Source: the human T2T-CHM13v2.0 reference genome, Homo sapiens
DNA: 64,000 nucleotides
Reading direction: 5' to 3' (one strand)
Assembly (NCBI RefSeq): GCF_009914755.1
Contig: NC_060934.1
Made by a program: the position numbers and the translations under genes. The number at the start of each line of letters is the position of its first letter. Positions within the stretch are counted from its first letter, which is position 1. The notes under the pieces are model-generated. The model saw only the letters and a list, made by a program, of their open reading frames with translations. It was not told the origin of the DNA and did no database searches. Below are positions 16,606-30,058 of this stretch, piece after piece.

Positions 16606-16724
16606 TGGGGGATAAAAAAGTAGCAGTAAGATATAATATTTATCATGTATAAGTATAGCAAATGGATCGCTGAAATTGCCTTCCAAATAGTCTTCAGTCT
16701 GGGTCCCCTCTATGTCAACTTCTG

Positions 16725-17430
16725 CTGAACGCATGGATCTTGTCTTTCTCCTACATAAAACCCTTCAATGGCTCCTCAAATCTTTCAGAATCCTTTTCTA
16801 AAGTCTTTGCCTTAGCATTCAATACTTTTCAAGATCCAGAACAATGCTTCATAAAGACAGCTTGTTAAAAACGTGGATACTGAGCCCCACGGAACCAAGT
16901 TTCCTGGACCTGGCCAGGAATCTATAGCTTAGTAAATTCTCTAGGTGATGTATTTAAAAATTTTGATGTATTTAAAAATTAGAGCCCTTCTATTGGATTT
17001 TCTTGGGCCTATTTTTCACCACTGACTACATGCATTTTCTGCTGCAACCATGCCAAACTGCGCAAATTTCCCTCAATAGCTTGTCTTGCTTCAAGTCTTC
17101 TGGAGTGCCTCACTTTTACCTCCCAGAAGCTAATACTTCTTGTCCATTTTAAACTTATTGAGGCATCATATGTTCCAGGAAGCCTCTCTTGACTCCCCTG
17201 TCTGAAATTCACACACATCTTCTGAGCTCTCATAGTATCTTGTATGTATTTCCAGCTGGAATGTATCTCCCTGGATGAATGTTGTTAGTTTACTTAGTGC
17301 ATCCCCACTAAGCTGTGAATTCCTTGAGATGCAGGAGCATATCTCATTTAATACACACTGTATCACCAGTGATTAGCACAGAGCTTGTACCCACATACAA
17401 GTGTTTGGTCTCATAGCTGCCAAATGAATG
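16725..17430 (+). mobile_element. L2 fragments with an interrupting MER5-like piece
   Basis: aaaacccttcaatggctcc...ccactaagctgtgaattccttgag...gctgccaaatgaatga. Confidence 0.5.
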
Positions 17431-19059
17431 AGCTAGAATGATAATGCAGAACAGTAGACAAATAGTTACACATAGAAAGGTGTAGTTTTACACATACAAC
17501 CTCAAAGTATTCTTAATTGAAAAAGATGTTATTAAGGTAAAGATAATCTGGGGAGATTGTCTGGAGGAAGTACATTTTGAACTGGCCTTGACCAAAGGAT
17601 ATGGGCAAGAAGATCAGTTGATATATTCAAAAGGGAGAAGACTGAGAGGGGCCTAGTATGTGAACACCTCGAGAAGAGCTAAGGATTAATGAAATTAAGA
17701 GGCCAGAGATGGATCAAATAGTCAAGGAGCTGGAAGGAGGTTTTTTTTTTTTTTTTTTTTTGTGGGTGGTGGGGTACAACTGGGGCTTCAGAAACTGGTT
17801 TTCCTTAGGTTTCTTAGCTGTAGCTCAGAGAATATCAGCTGAAGATTTGGCTGATTTCATCCTTGCTTCCTTTGCAATGGTACTTCATGTGAACGGTATG
17901 GCCCTCTGTCCCCATAGACAGGAATCAGTGACAATGATCTATCATCCTATAAATGCTTCCTTATTCTCTTGCTCATCTTTGAGGAGTAGTTCAGGTGACT
18001 ACCTCATGATTAATGGCTTGCCTTTTCTGTGGAATGTCAAGGCAAGCAGTCAGTCTATGAGGACTTCAGTTGTTTATTCTGTAAAGAAAGCAAATATCTT
18101 GACCAAGAAGAGTGAAAGGGAAATTGGGAGAGAGCAGGAGAGGAGAGACAGGAGTGAAATCAAAGAGAAAGACTGAGAGAAAGAAAAGTTCAATACCTCT
18201 TGGCTTTATTTATTTTAACCACTTTTATTTATTAAAGAGAACTGAATTAGTGTTGGCTATCTCATGCTTAATCTTTCTTCCAAAACCTGAAGCTTTGAGA
18301 TGAGAAGCTTTAAAACAGAAAGAAGTGTTTTTGAGGAGAAAGAATGAAATGCATATAAAAGATAGACAAGTGGACATGCAAATCCACAATTTAAAGCTGA
18401 CCGGCTTCACAATTTTCTAATTGCATTTGTAAATCGTCAGTGCATTCTGCATCTTTGGCTATAACTAACTTAAAGTGCATGGTCTCTTCTGCCAGATGCT
18501 CAGTTCTTTTGTGTCCTTGTTTCTTTGCCAGGATTTCTCTGTCAGAACTCTCCATCAGATCCAGGATTACATCCACCTACACATCATACCATTTTGAGTG
18601 GCACTGATTTTTGGACCTAGCCATGGCCTTAGTTTTAGACTAAATCATGTAAAATTCAGGTTTTTTTCTAGGCTAAAAGATGTTGAATTTCAGTAAATTC
18701 AGAGGAAGAAAAAATGGAATATCAAATGATATTTGCTTAAGGTAGTTGCTTAAGGTAGTTTAAAGGGCAGCAGGCTTGTTGAGCAGACTTACAGTAAGTA
18801 ATTAGTCAATATTATTCCTTATGCAGCCTTTTTCATCTTGATTTCATTCTATCATCCCTCCCCTATTCTATCATCCTTCCAAACCTAGACACCAGTGTAG
18901 GTACTGTCCTAACCTACCCAATGTGTCACCCAGTTTTGTCTTCAAGTCCCCTCCTGACAGCTACTCCTTTTCCCTGTAAATTCTCGTAGAGATCAGTACA
19001 GCTGCCCTTTGAAAGCTCTCTCTGCCCTCCTTTTACCTACACCCAGTTTCATTCTTTCT

Positions 19060-19590
19060 ACTGTTCCTAGACTTATTTTTATGAACACATAAATATGATT
19101 ATGTTATAAGTTTTAATGATTCCCTGTAGCATGCTGTTTTTAGGGCTGTGAATTTTAGTCTTGAAGATCTAGCTTTTGTCTACCTCTCCAATTTCATCCT
19201 TCTCTCTCTCTCTTCCCTCTTCTGCTCCCTCCCCTTTAACCCAGAACTGCTTGCTGATCTTAGACCACATCAGGATCTCTTGTCTGCAGTATTTTTCTCA
19301 TGTTCTTACAAATATTTGCAATTCCCACATCAACTTTCTTTGCTTGTCAAACCCCTAAGCGTTCTGCAAGACTTAGTTCCCCCAGGAATCCTTTTGTGAT
19401 CCCTCCTCTGGTTTGCAGTCATCTGCACTCCCAGAATACTCTGAGCATAAGGATATTAAGTAACTATCACAGAAAATTAGAATTGTTTTTGTCTGCTTCC
19501 TCCACAGATACACGTTCCTTAACAGGTATGTCTTTTACCTCTGTATGCCAGGGTCTAATATTATGAGCCCATTTGTAGTGTGTTTTCTAA
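19060..19590 (+). mobile_element. L2 fragment
   Basis: Degenerate L2 3' region (tacctctccaatttcatc...tgtctgcttcctccacaga...tctgtatgccagggtcta). Confidence 0.4.
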
Positions 19591-19599
19591 AATTATTTC

Positions 19600-20075
19600 T
19601 TTTAGGAGCCACATAGGACTCATTTTATGTGATTCTGTTGTGTCTGTTCTTGGACCCTTTAAACCTAGTGATGGGTATAAGACTAAGCCCTATTATTTAG
19701 ATAGCATGGAGAAAGATGTTTTTTTATTCTAGAGTCAAAGCTCTAAGGACACCCAAGATGAACATCTTATGGCTATTTTCTCCCCATTGCATGGAAAAAT
19801 AAAACATTTTAAATAAGACACTGAGGCTAATACTCCAAAAGAAGCAGGGCCTGTAATCACATGAAATGATAGAAAGAGAGAGACAGACAAAGAGAGATGA
19901 AGCTAGAGAAAGGAGATAAGATCATTGTAAACCTCTCTCCCACACCCTAGGTACACCCACACATGAGGCTATTCTTGGTACTTTTCAGTTATGTGAGCAA
20001 AAGGTAATTATTAAATAACAACAACAACAACTTGAAGTACTGTACTTGAAAAACAAAAGAAATGAGATAACCAGT
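19600..20075 (+). mobile_element. Old MaLR LTR (MLT1H/J-like)
   Basis: gagagagacagaca...cttttcagttatgtgagcaa...tgtacttgaaaaacaaaaga resembles an MLT1 3' end. Confidence 0.4.
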
Positions 20076-21008
20076 TAATATGTATTGAATAAATGAATTT
20101 TTAACAGAAATATTTCATAAGGTGAAGGAAGGGGAAAGACAGAGAAGGTTTACACAAGGGCGATGGCAGTCAATTAAGATGGAATACTTTTCTTAAATAG
20201 AGTCTAATACAGGAAGAGAGATGGTGATACACAGAAGAAAAAAGGAATATTGACATTAGCAGAGTATGGGCTGAGAATTTAATTGTTGAAGAGACCCAGA
20301 GCAATCTGAGAGGCATGATACACTGCTAATAGACTGACAAGTCAATGATTCATCTGAAAGGGGAAAAATTAGAATTTAACATCCTAAAATGCATTTTGTT
20401 ACTTTATTTTTAAAGTTCCATTTCTAGCATCTACCTAACTTAGGATTAAATTTTCAGCATTTCAGCAGGAGTATCCTGACAGACATATATTCAGGAATGT
20501 ACTTTTGGTCAAAGAATTAAATGATGAAACCCACCAGGAATGGTCAGAATACAGTGAGGTTGACCAAGTCCCATTTGTTATGGTGAGTGAAATGTCGTAA
20601 ACAGAGCACAGACATTACACTCAGAAGCTGACTGTAGCTTCTGACCCTCTGTGATGGCAAACCGCCAAAAGAAGGCCACAGCCAGGATGAAAGGGGATGG
20701 CAGCAGACGTGGGAACGGAGTCCTCTGTCTGCCCTTCACATGGCAACTCTGGGAATTCAGATCTATTTCCTGACTCTGTCAGATGATACTTAGCACACAC
20801 AGAAGATAGGAAAACCCTTTGTCTGCTTTAATAAGGATGATGATAGATAATAAAAACCTGGTTCTAGGCAATTATCTACTCTATGTATGGAAGTGAGTTT
20901 CTGTCTTAAAACTAGGATGTGAAGCTTGCTTACAAAATACATGAGGGTGTGTTTGTAAACATGATTCTTTTGGTTAAAGTGCTATTTACAAGAAAAGAAG
21001 AAATAAAT

Positions 21009-21325
21009 ACATGGATGAAATTGGAAATCATCATTCTCAGTAAACTATCGCAAGAACAAAAAACCAAACACCGCATATTCTCACTCATAGGTGGGAATTG
21101 AACAATGAGAACACATGGACACAGGAAGGGGAACATCACACTCTGGGGACTGTTGTGGGGTGGGGGGAGCAGGGAGGGATAGCTTTAGGAGATATACCTA
21201 ATGCTAAATGATGAGTTAATGGGTACAGCAAACCAGCATGGCACATGTATACAATATGTAACTAACCTGCACATTGTGCACATGTACCCTAAAACTTAAA
21301 GTATAATAATAATAATAATAAAAGA
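21009..21325 (+). mobile_element. 5'-truncated L1PA (L1PA3/4-like): ORF2 C-terminus, 3'UTR and (TAA)n tail
   Basis: Encodes WMKLEIIILSKLSQEQKTKHRIFSLIGGN*. G-rich tract present, with GAG (non-Ta) at the 3'UTR diagnostic site. Flanked by an aagaaata-containing TSD. Confidence 0.92.
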
Positions 21326-21759
21326 AAGAAATATCTTTTCTACTATTAACGTCTAAAGAGGAAGTGTCTTTTTTTGGAGCAAAACAAGTGAGTAGTTTCA
21401 CAGGTAAATAGCTAGTGAATTCATTTTTTAAGATTATAAAAATAATAATCACTCAACCATTAGTTTTAAAAACATAGCAAGAGGTATAAACAATTATTTA
21501 TTTAAAAGGAAAAATAATAAATATATTTCTTCTAACATATAAGTTAAAGAGGAGGATACAAATGGGGGTGGGTTGAGGAAGGAGAGGGTGTCAAAACAGA
21601 GAAACAATATGGAAGTTTGTCAGTTTTAAGTGACAGAAGTAGGGCGGAATCTAATATATAAAACGGGACTAATATTGCTTTTTTCCTGGGTGGTAGAAAA
21701 ACAAGCAAAGAACATAACTGCTACTGCAAGTAAGTAAAGTTAAATGAAATTTGACATCA

Positions 21760-23462
21760 GGTTCCTGATTCCACATGTAGGAAGGTTGCACTACTCAATC
21801 CTAGCAATAAGTTGAAAGGTGAACAGACTGAAAAATAAACAATTCTAGATCCATTATAGAGTGAGGACACAGGGCAAACTGCTGTCCCCAAGACTGGAGA
21901 GACAGACAGGCAAATGCAAGGAGCAGAGACTCAGGAGGGGAAGTGGCCAAGGGAAGCAGTGTCAGGGTAGGAAAACCTGAACTGTAACTGATGAATTTCT
22001 GAAAGCTCAGTGTGGAGAGACAAATCTAAGAGGTAAAATTTCCAGGGGGACCCAGTCATAGGGGGAAGCCACCCTTTTGTGAATGATACCACCAGGAAGG
22101 AGCTCAGTCAGGTTTTCACAGTAAATATTGGCGAAAAAAATCCTCTTTTTTTCCAGTAAGGAAAAGGAACCATTGTGAAATATGCCAGAGTATGCTGCTC
22201 TTCCTAACAAGGTTCTCCCTCAGAAGAAACTAGTTAAGTGGAGCCTAATTTGTCAGGTATTATCAGTGCCCACCTAGCCTGGGGGAAGGGAAATGCCCAA
22301 CACTCCAGCCTGCTTTAGCATTCTGTCCCACTTAAGGGGAAAAAAATGAGAAACTCTTCTGAATTTCACAGACCAGAGTCCTAGGCCTGGTAAAGACTGA
22401 GACCTAATTATAGGACTATAGAACATTTCCCTTCCCCTCACAACTTCACCACCACATTACTCAAGGCCTATTTATAGCAGTTCCTTTTACATGGTATGAT
22501 ATGCCTATCAAAACAAACAAACAAACAAACAACAAACAACAAAACACAGAAATTACAGAATATACAAAAATGCAAAAAAGACAATTTGAAGAGGCAGTGC
22601 AAGCATCAGAACCAGACATGGCATGTATATTGAAATGATCAAATTTGGAATTTGAAAAAAAACTATAATTAATGTGTTAAGAAATTTAATAAAGTAGACA
22701 GCATACAAGAAGAGATGGACAATGTAAACAGAGAGATGAAAGTCCTAAGAAGGAATCAAGTAGAAATGCTAGAGGTAAAAACACTGTAATAGAAATTATT
22801 ACTTTGATAGGCTTATTAGGGGACTAGACAGCTGAGAAAATAATCTCTGAGTTTCAGGATATATCAATTGAAACATCCAACATTGAAAAAGAGAATGAAT
22901 ACCAAAACAACAACAACAGTAACAACAACAACAACAACAACAACAACAGAACAGAACATCTAACTACAAAAGTTATAATGTTTATATAACGTGAATCCCA
23001 GAAGGACAATAAAGAGAGAAAGAAACAGAAAAAATAATTGAAACAATAATGAGTGAGAGTTTCTCCAAATTAATCACAGATTTAGGAAGTTCACAGAACA
23101 CTAAGCAAAATAAATGTCAAAAAATAAAACATCAACAACAACAACAACAAAAAACTGCCTAGGCATATCATCTTTTTACTACAGAAAATCGCAGATAAAG
23201 ATAAAATTTTGAAGCAACTCAGGGGAGGAGAGCAACTACCGTATCTACGGAGAAATAAAGGTAAGTATTACATCTAATGTTTCCTCAGAAACCATGCAAG
23301 CAAGAAGAGAGTGGAGTGAACACAGTGTTGAGAGAATAAAGCTATCAACTTAGAATTTTGTACCCTGTAAATTTATTCTTCAAAGGAGAAGGATAAATAA
23401 AGATTGTCTCAAAAAAATATTGAGAAACTTTGTGGTCAGTAAACCTGCCTTGCAAGAATTGT
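21760..23462 (+). mobile_element. Old L1M (L1MC/MD-like) 5' region and ORF1 remnant
   Basis: cagaaaccatgcaagcaagaagagagtggagtgaa...agaattttgtaccctg is a decayed ETMQARREW...RILYP; embedded (CAA)n tracts. Confidence 0.7.
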
Positions 23463-24256
23463 TAACTAAAACTGTAAAGCTATTTGAAGAAAACACACAG
23501 AAAATACTTAACAATATTGTTCTGGCCAAAGATTTCTTAGATATGAACCCAAAAGCTGAAGCAACAAAAAACAAACAAAAAAACAAAACAAATGGAAATG
23601 CATCAAACTAAAAAGCAGAAGAAACAACTAATAGAGTGAAGAGACAATTTGCAGATTTGAAGAAAATATTTGCAAACCATCGATCCGATAAGAGGCTAGT
23701 ATCTAACATATATAAGAAACTCAAACAACTCCACAACAAGAAAACAAATAAAAAAATAAGAAAATGGCAAAGGACCTAAATAGACACTTCTCAAAAGAAG
23801 ACATACAAATGGCCAATAGATACATAAAAAATACTTATTATCACTGATCATCAGGGAAATGCAAATTAAATCCACAATGAAATATCACCTCATGCCTGAT
23901 AGTCTGTTACACTTTTTTAAAAAATGATGAGAGATAGCAACTCTAGTCTGCATGAGCAACTGCATGAGCATGGAGAAAAGAAAACCCATGTACACGGTTG
24001 GTAGGAATGTAAATTAATAAAGCCATTATGGAAAATAGTATGGAGGTTCCTTAGAAAAGCAAAAATAGAATTTTCCTGTGATCCTGTAATCCAACTTCTG
24101 GGTATATATCCCAAAAAACTGAAATCTGTATGCTGAAGAGATACCTGCACTCCCATGTTTATTGCAGCATTATTCACAATAGCTGAAATATGGAAGCAAC
24201 CTAGATGTCTATTATTAGACAAATAAAAAATGTTATATATATATATATATTTATAT

Positions 24257-24638
24257 ATAAAATTTGTTTTGGCTCTGTGTCCCCACCCAAATCTCATGTC
24301 TAATTGTAATCCTTAATGTTGGAGAAGGGGCCTGGTATGAGGTGATTGGATCATGGGAACAGGCTTCCCCTTGCTGTTCTCACAGTAGCTAAGTCCTCAT
24401 GATATCTGGTTGTTTAAAAGTGTGTAACACTTACCCATTCTCTCTCTCTCTCCTGCTGCGCCATGTGAAGACATGCCTGCTTCCCCTTTGCCTTCCACCA
24501 CGATTATAAGTTTCCTGAGACCTCCGCAGCCATGCTTCTGTACAGCCTACAGAACTGTGAGTCAATTAAACCTCTTTTCTTTATATATTATCCAGTTTCA
24601 AGTAGTTCTTTACAGCAATGCAAGAATGGACTAATACA
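24257..24638 (+). mobile_element. MaLR solo LTR (MSTA-like)
   Basis: ttggctctgtgtccccacccaaatctcatg...catgcttctgtacagcctacagaactgtgagtcaattaaacctc...ggactaataca. Confidence 0.88.
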
Positions 24639-25032
24639 ACATATATGTAATGTATATATATTATACACACACATACATATACACACATATAATGGAATAA
24701 CATTCAGCTTTTAAAAAGGTAGAGAATCCTATTATTTTGAGACAACATGGATGAATCTGGAGGGCATTATGCTAAGTGAAGTAAACCAGGCCCAAGAAAA
24801 ATACCATCTGATCTCACTTATACATGGAATATGGAAAGCTGGCCTCATAGAAGTAGAGAGTAGAATCATGGTCACTAGAGCCTGAGGGAGGGATAGGAAG
24901 GAAAAGGGGAGATGGTCAAATGGTACAAGGTTTCAGTTGGACAAAAGGAATAAGCTTTAGTGGTAGATTGCACAGAATGGTGACTATAATAAATAATAAT
25001 ACACCATATATTTCAAAATTGCTAAAACAGTA

Positions 25033-25389
25033 TAATATGGTTTGGTATGTCCCCACCAAAATCTCATCTTGAGTTGTAACTCCCACAATTCCCATGTGTT
25101 GTGGAAGGGATCCAGTGGGAGGTGATTGAATCATGGGAGCAGGTCTTTCCTGTGCTGTTCTCATGATAGTTAGTAAGTTCATGAGATCTGATGGTTTTAA
25201 AAGGGGGAGTTTCCCTGCACAAGTTATCTGTTTTTGCCTGCTACCATCCATGTAAGATGTGACTTGCTCTTCCTTGCCTTCCACCATGATTGAGGCCTCC
25301 CCAGCCACATGGAACTAAGTCCATTAAATCTATTTTTCTTACCAGTCTCAGGAATGTCTTAACCAGCAGCATGAAAACAGACTAATACA
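25033..25389 (+). mobile_element. THE1-family solo LTR
   Basis: taatatggtttgg...ctcccacaattcccatgtg...cagactaataca; 5-bp TSD cagta/gagta. Confidence 0.9.
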
Positions 25390-25599
25390 GAGTAGATTTT
25401 AAATATTTTCACCACAAATAATATAGGTCAGCAACTCAGATCTAAGGAAAAGAAGAGCATTGAAGAAGTGAAAGTAAAATAAAAACTTATTTTTCTTATT
25501 CCTAATAGATCTAACAGATAACAGTTTGCTCAAAATAATAGCAGTGACATATTTGATTATATATATTTGTTATATATACATGACTGTATATATATCTGT

Positions 25600-25835
25600 A
25601 CAGTTGTGCATCACTTAATAATGAGAATATATTCAGAGAAATGTGTCATTCAGTGATTTGTTATTGTGCAAACATCATAGAGTATACTTAAAACTAGATG
25701 GTATAGGCTACTACACACATAGACTATATGGTATAGCCTGTTACTCCCAGGTCACAAACCTGTACAGCATGTTACTGTACTGAATACTATATGCAATACA
25801 CAATGGTAAGTATTTGTGTCTCTAAACATAGAAAT
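25600..25835. mobile_element. Tigger3 (Golem)-type DNA transposon fragment
   Basis: cagttgtgcatcacttaa...gagaaatgtgtcatt...ctagatggtataggctactacac...caaacctgtacagcatgttactgtactgaatact. Confidence 0.8.
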
Positions 25836-25844
25836 GTCACAGCA

Positions 25845-26748
25845 TATGAAAAGATGGATGACATATGTCATCAGGAAAATAAATGCAAATTAAAACAATA
25901 AGATGCTACTGAACACCTGTTAGAATGTCCAAAATTCAGAACATTAACAACACCAAATGCTGGTAAGGATGCATGACAACAGAAATGCATCATTGCTGGT
26001 GGAACGCAAAATGGTACAGCCACTTTGGAAAATAGTTTGGCAGATTCTTATGAAGCTAAATATACTCTTACCACACAATCTAGCAATTATACTCCTTGAT
26101 ATTTACCCCAAGGAGTTTAAAACTATGTCCACAAGAAAACTTCCATACAAATGTTTAGAGCAGCTTTATTTATAATTGCCCAAACATAGAAACAGCTAAC
26201 ATATCCTTCAGTAGGTGAACAAATAAACTGTGCCACATCAAGACAATGGAACATTTAGCACCCAAAACAAATTTTCAAATTATATAAAGGCATGAAGAAT
26301 CTGAAATGTATATTACTAAGTGAAGAAGCAAATCTGAAGAGGCTACATGCTTTATGATTCAAACTATATCACATTCCAGAAAAGGAAAAACTATGGATAC
26401 AGTAGAAAGATCAGAGTTTGCCAGGAGTTGGGGTTGGAAATGGGGAAATGAATAGATAGACTACAGAAGATTTTTAGGGTAGTGAAAATACTCTATATGA
26501 GGCTATAATAATAGACACATGTCATTGTGCATTTGTCCAAACCAACAGAAAGTACAACAGCAAGAGTGAACTCATGGACTTTGGGTGATTGTGATGTGTC
26601 AATGCAGGTTCATCAATTGCAACAAATGTGCCACTCTGGCAGGAAATGTTAATATGGGGTTAGGGGATATATGGGAAATGTCTGTAAGTTCCTCTTGATT
26701 TTTCTGTGAATCTAAAACTGCTCTAAAATAATAATTTTAAAAATAAAT
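25845..26748 (+). mobile_element. Old L1MC/MD 3' portion
   Basis: aaatgcaaattaaaacaa...atggtacagccactttggaaaa...tggactttgggtgattgtgatgtgtcaatgcaggttcatc...taaaactgctctaaaa. Confidence 0.75.
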
Positions 26749-27790
26749 GAAAATTTAGCATATACAATTAACAAGTTATATAAAAATTTATTTATTATAG
26801 TTATATTTTATTTATTAAAGTTATATTTTAACTTTTTCTAAATTTGAGCAGTCCACAAATATTTAAATATTTTTTCATAATTTTAAAGTAGACACTAAAA
26901 TGTTCCCAAATTCTTTGTGTTCTAAAGTATATGAAGCTGTGGAGATAAAATTCTGTTTTCATAGGGCTGCCATAGGATCTTTTTACTAAAAGACTTGTTT
27001 CATTGTTAGCATCCATAAGCATAAATAATTTTATAAAGTCGATCATTCTCCAAATTATAGACTCTTGAGAACTCTGATGTTTCAATTTGGCTTGTAAAGT
27101 GATGGCAATGGTGGTGGTGTGGTGTGATGGTGGCAGTCCTCTACCATTATTCAAGTCACACCAACCAATATATTTTCAAATTCTTTCTAAACAAATCATA
27201 TTGGTCCTAATTCTCTGGGGCCATTGTATCCCTTCAACAATTTTTTTGTAAAAATATCTTTATTTTGCTGAAGTTTGGAGCACTCTATGCCATTCTTCTT
27301 CGGGGAAATCAGGTTTGGAAATTCAACCCTAAGATGTGGATGAAAACTCCTGGAGACTTCACTTTAGCAAATCCCAGTGCCTGGGAAGCCTAAGTCTATC
27401 TTGACAATGACTTACGTTTAAAAAGCTTCACTTTGAGGAAGGAGCTATGCTTTTGAATTAGAAGCCATCTTTTAAGAATATCACAGGGTGACTGTTATTC
27501 CTCATATATTGGTTTCCTCCTCTCTGCCACCAAGATAACTCATAGTCTGTACTCCATCCATCTGATATTCTATTACTCCCCCATATGAGAATTTGCTTCT
27601 AGTCACTGTCTCATAAGCATGTCAAAGTCACCTCCAATCCTCCTATCATTTCCTGTTCTGAAACATTCTTCCATCCCCCTGCCTATCCAATTTCTGCACC
27701 TACAATTTACTCCTTCATTGACGACTTCCCAAACTGTCCAAGTCAAAGCTGACTGTCATCTCACATCATGGAAGTGCTTAGCATAAAATT

Positions 27791-29664
27791 CTTTTCTTTT
27801 TAATTTATAATTCCAACTATTATTTTAGATTCAGGGGGTACATGTGTGGGTTTGTTACATGGGGTTACTGTGTGACACTAAGGTTTGGAGGACAAATGGT
27901 CCCTACCCCAAGTAGTGAGCATAGCACCCAAAGGGTAGTTTTTCAGCACCTGCCCAGCTCCTTACCTCCCCCTTCTAGTCCAGTGTTTATTGTTTGCATC
28001 TTTATGTCCATGTGTACTCAATGTTCAGCCCCCACTTGTAAGTGAGAACACACAGTATTTGGTTTTCTGTTCCTGTATTAATTCCCTTAGGACAATGGCC
28101 TCTAGCTGTATCCATGTTGCTGCAAAGGACATGATTTCACACTTTTTACGAATGTGTAGTATTCCATGGTGTATATGTACCACATTTTCTTTATCCAACC
28201 CACTATTGATGGGCACCTAGGTTGATTCCATGTCTTTTCTATTATGAATAGTGCTGTGATGAATATACAAGGGCATGTATCCTTTTTGTAGAATAGCTTA
28301 TCTTCTTTGGGGTATATATTCAGTATTCAGTAACGGGATTTCTGGGTTAAATGGTAAGTCCATTTTTAGTCCTTTGTGAAATCTCTAAAATGTTTTCCTC
28401 AGTGGCTGAACTAATTTACATTCCCACCAACAGTGTATAAGTGTCCCTTCCCTTTTCTCTGAAGCCTCGCCAGAATCTGTTATTTTTTGACTTTTTGATA
28501 AAAGCCTCCTGAAACTGATAAATGACCTCAGTAAAGTTTCAGGGTATAGTATCAATGTACAAAAATCAGTAGCATTTCTACACACCAATAACATTCAAGC
28601 TGAGAGCCAAAACAACAACACAGTCCCATTTACAATAGCCACAAAAAAATAAAGTATAATACCTAGGAATACAGTTAACCAAGGAGATGAAAAGTCTCTA
28701 CAAGGAGAGCTACAAAACACTGTTGAAAGAAATCATAAATGACAAAAACAAATGAAAACAACATTCCATGCTCATGGATTGGAAGATCCAATATTATTGA
28801 AATGGACATACTGCCCAAAGCAAACTACAGATTCAGTGCTATTCCTATTAAACTACCCATATCATTTTTCACAGAATTAGAAAAAATTGTTCTAAAATTC
28901 ATATGGAACCAAAAAAGAACCCAAATAACCAAAGCAATCCTAAGCAAAAAGAAGAAAACTGGAGGCATCACGTGACTTCAAACTATAAGGCTGCAGTAAC
29001 CAATACAGCATGGCACTGGTACAACAACAGACAGATAGACCAAAGAATAGAGAACCCAGAAATGAAGGAACACACCTACAACCAGCTGATCTTCAACAAA
29101 GCTGACAAAAATAAGCAATGGGGAAAGGACTCCCTATTCAATAAATGGTACGGGGACAACTGGCTAGCCATATCCAGAAGAATGAAACTGGACCCCTGCC
29201 TTTCACCATACGCAAAAATTAACTCAAGAAGGATTAAAGATTAACTGCAAACTGTAAGAATCCTAGGAGAAAACCTAGGGAATACCATTCTGGACAATAC
29301 CATTCTGGATATTGGTCTTCGCAAATAATTTATGGCCAAGTCTTCAAAAGCAATTGCAACAAAAACAAAAATTGACAAGTGGAACCTAATTAAATGAAAG
29401 AGCTTCTGCACAGGAAAAGACACTACCAACAGAGTAAACAGACAACCTCCAGAATGGGAGGAAATATTGGCAAACAATGCATTTGACAAAGATCTTATAA
29501 CCAGAATCTGTAAGAAACTTATATAATTGAACAAATAAAAAACAACTCCATTAAAAACTGAGCAGAGGACATGAACAGACACTTCTCAAAAGAGGAAGCA
29601 CAAGCAGCCAACAAACATATTTTTAAAAAGTTCAACATCACTAATCATCAGAGAAATGCAAATT
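27791..29664 (-). mobile_element. Old L1PA (L1PA15/16-like) with 5' inversion
   Basis: 27791-~28500 is the L1 3' end on minus. ~28501-29664 is upstream ORF2 (LLKLIN...REMQI) on plus. Candidate TSD aaattcttttctt / aaattattttctt. Confidence 0.88.
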
Positions 29665-29665
29665 A

Positions 29666-30058
<393 letters not shown>

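Larger units (their letters stand above)
23463..25420 (+). mobile_element. L1MA-type 3' portion (ORF2 C-terminus + 3'UTR) inserted in the older L1
   Basis: ggacctaaatagacacttctcaaaagaagacatacaaatggcc...gagatacctgcactcccatgtttattgcagc...atttcaaaattgcta/gagtagattttaaatattttcaccac. Confidence 0.8.

Noticed and set aside
17709-18176. 155-aa ORF with a poly-Phe run
   Set aside because: It crosses a poly(T) tract and GA-rich low-complexity DNA; no domain or splice support is visible.
16945-18760. Short direct duplications (tgatgtatttaaaaatt x2, tgcttaaggtagt x2; similar ones at 29281 and 44441)
   Set aside because: Ordinary slippage micro-duplications with no spacer architecture; not CRISPR-like.
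20919-21101. 60-aa ORF ending in the L1 ORF2 C-terminus
   Set aside because: Chance in-frame fusion of flanking DNA to a 5'-truncated L1.
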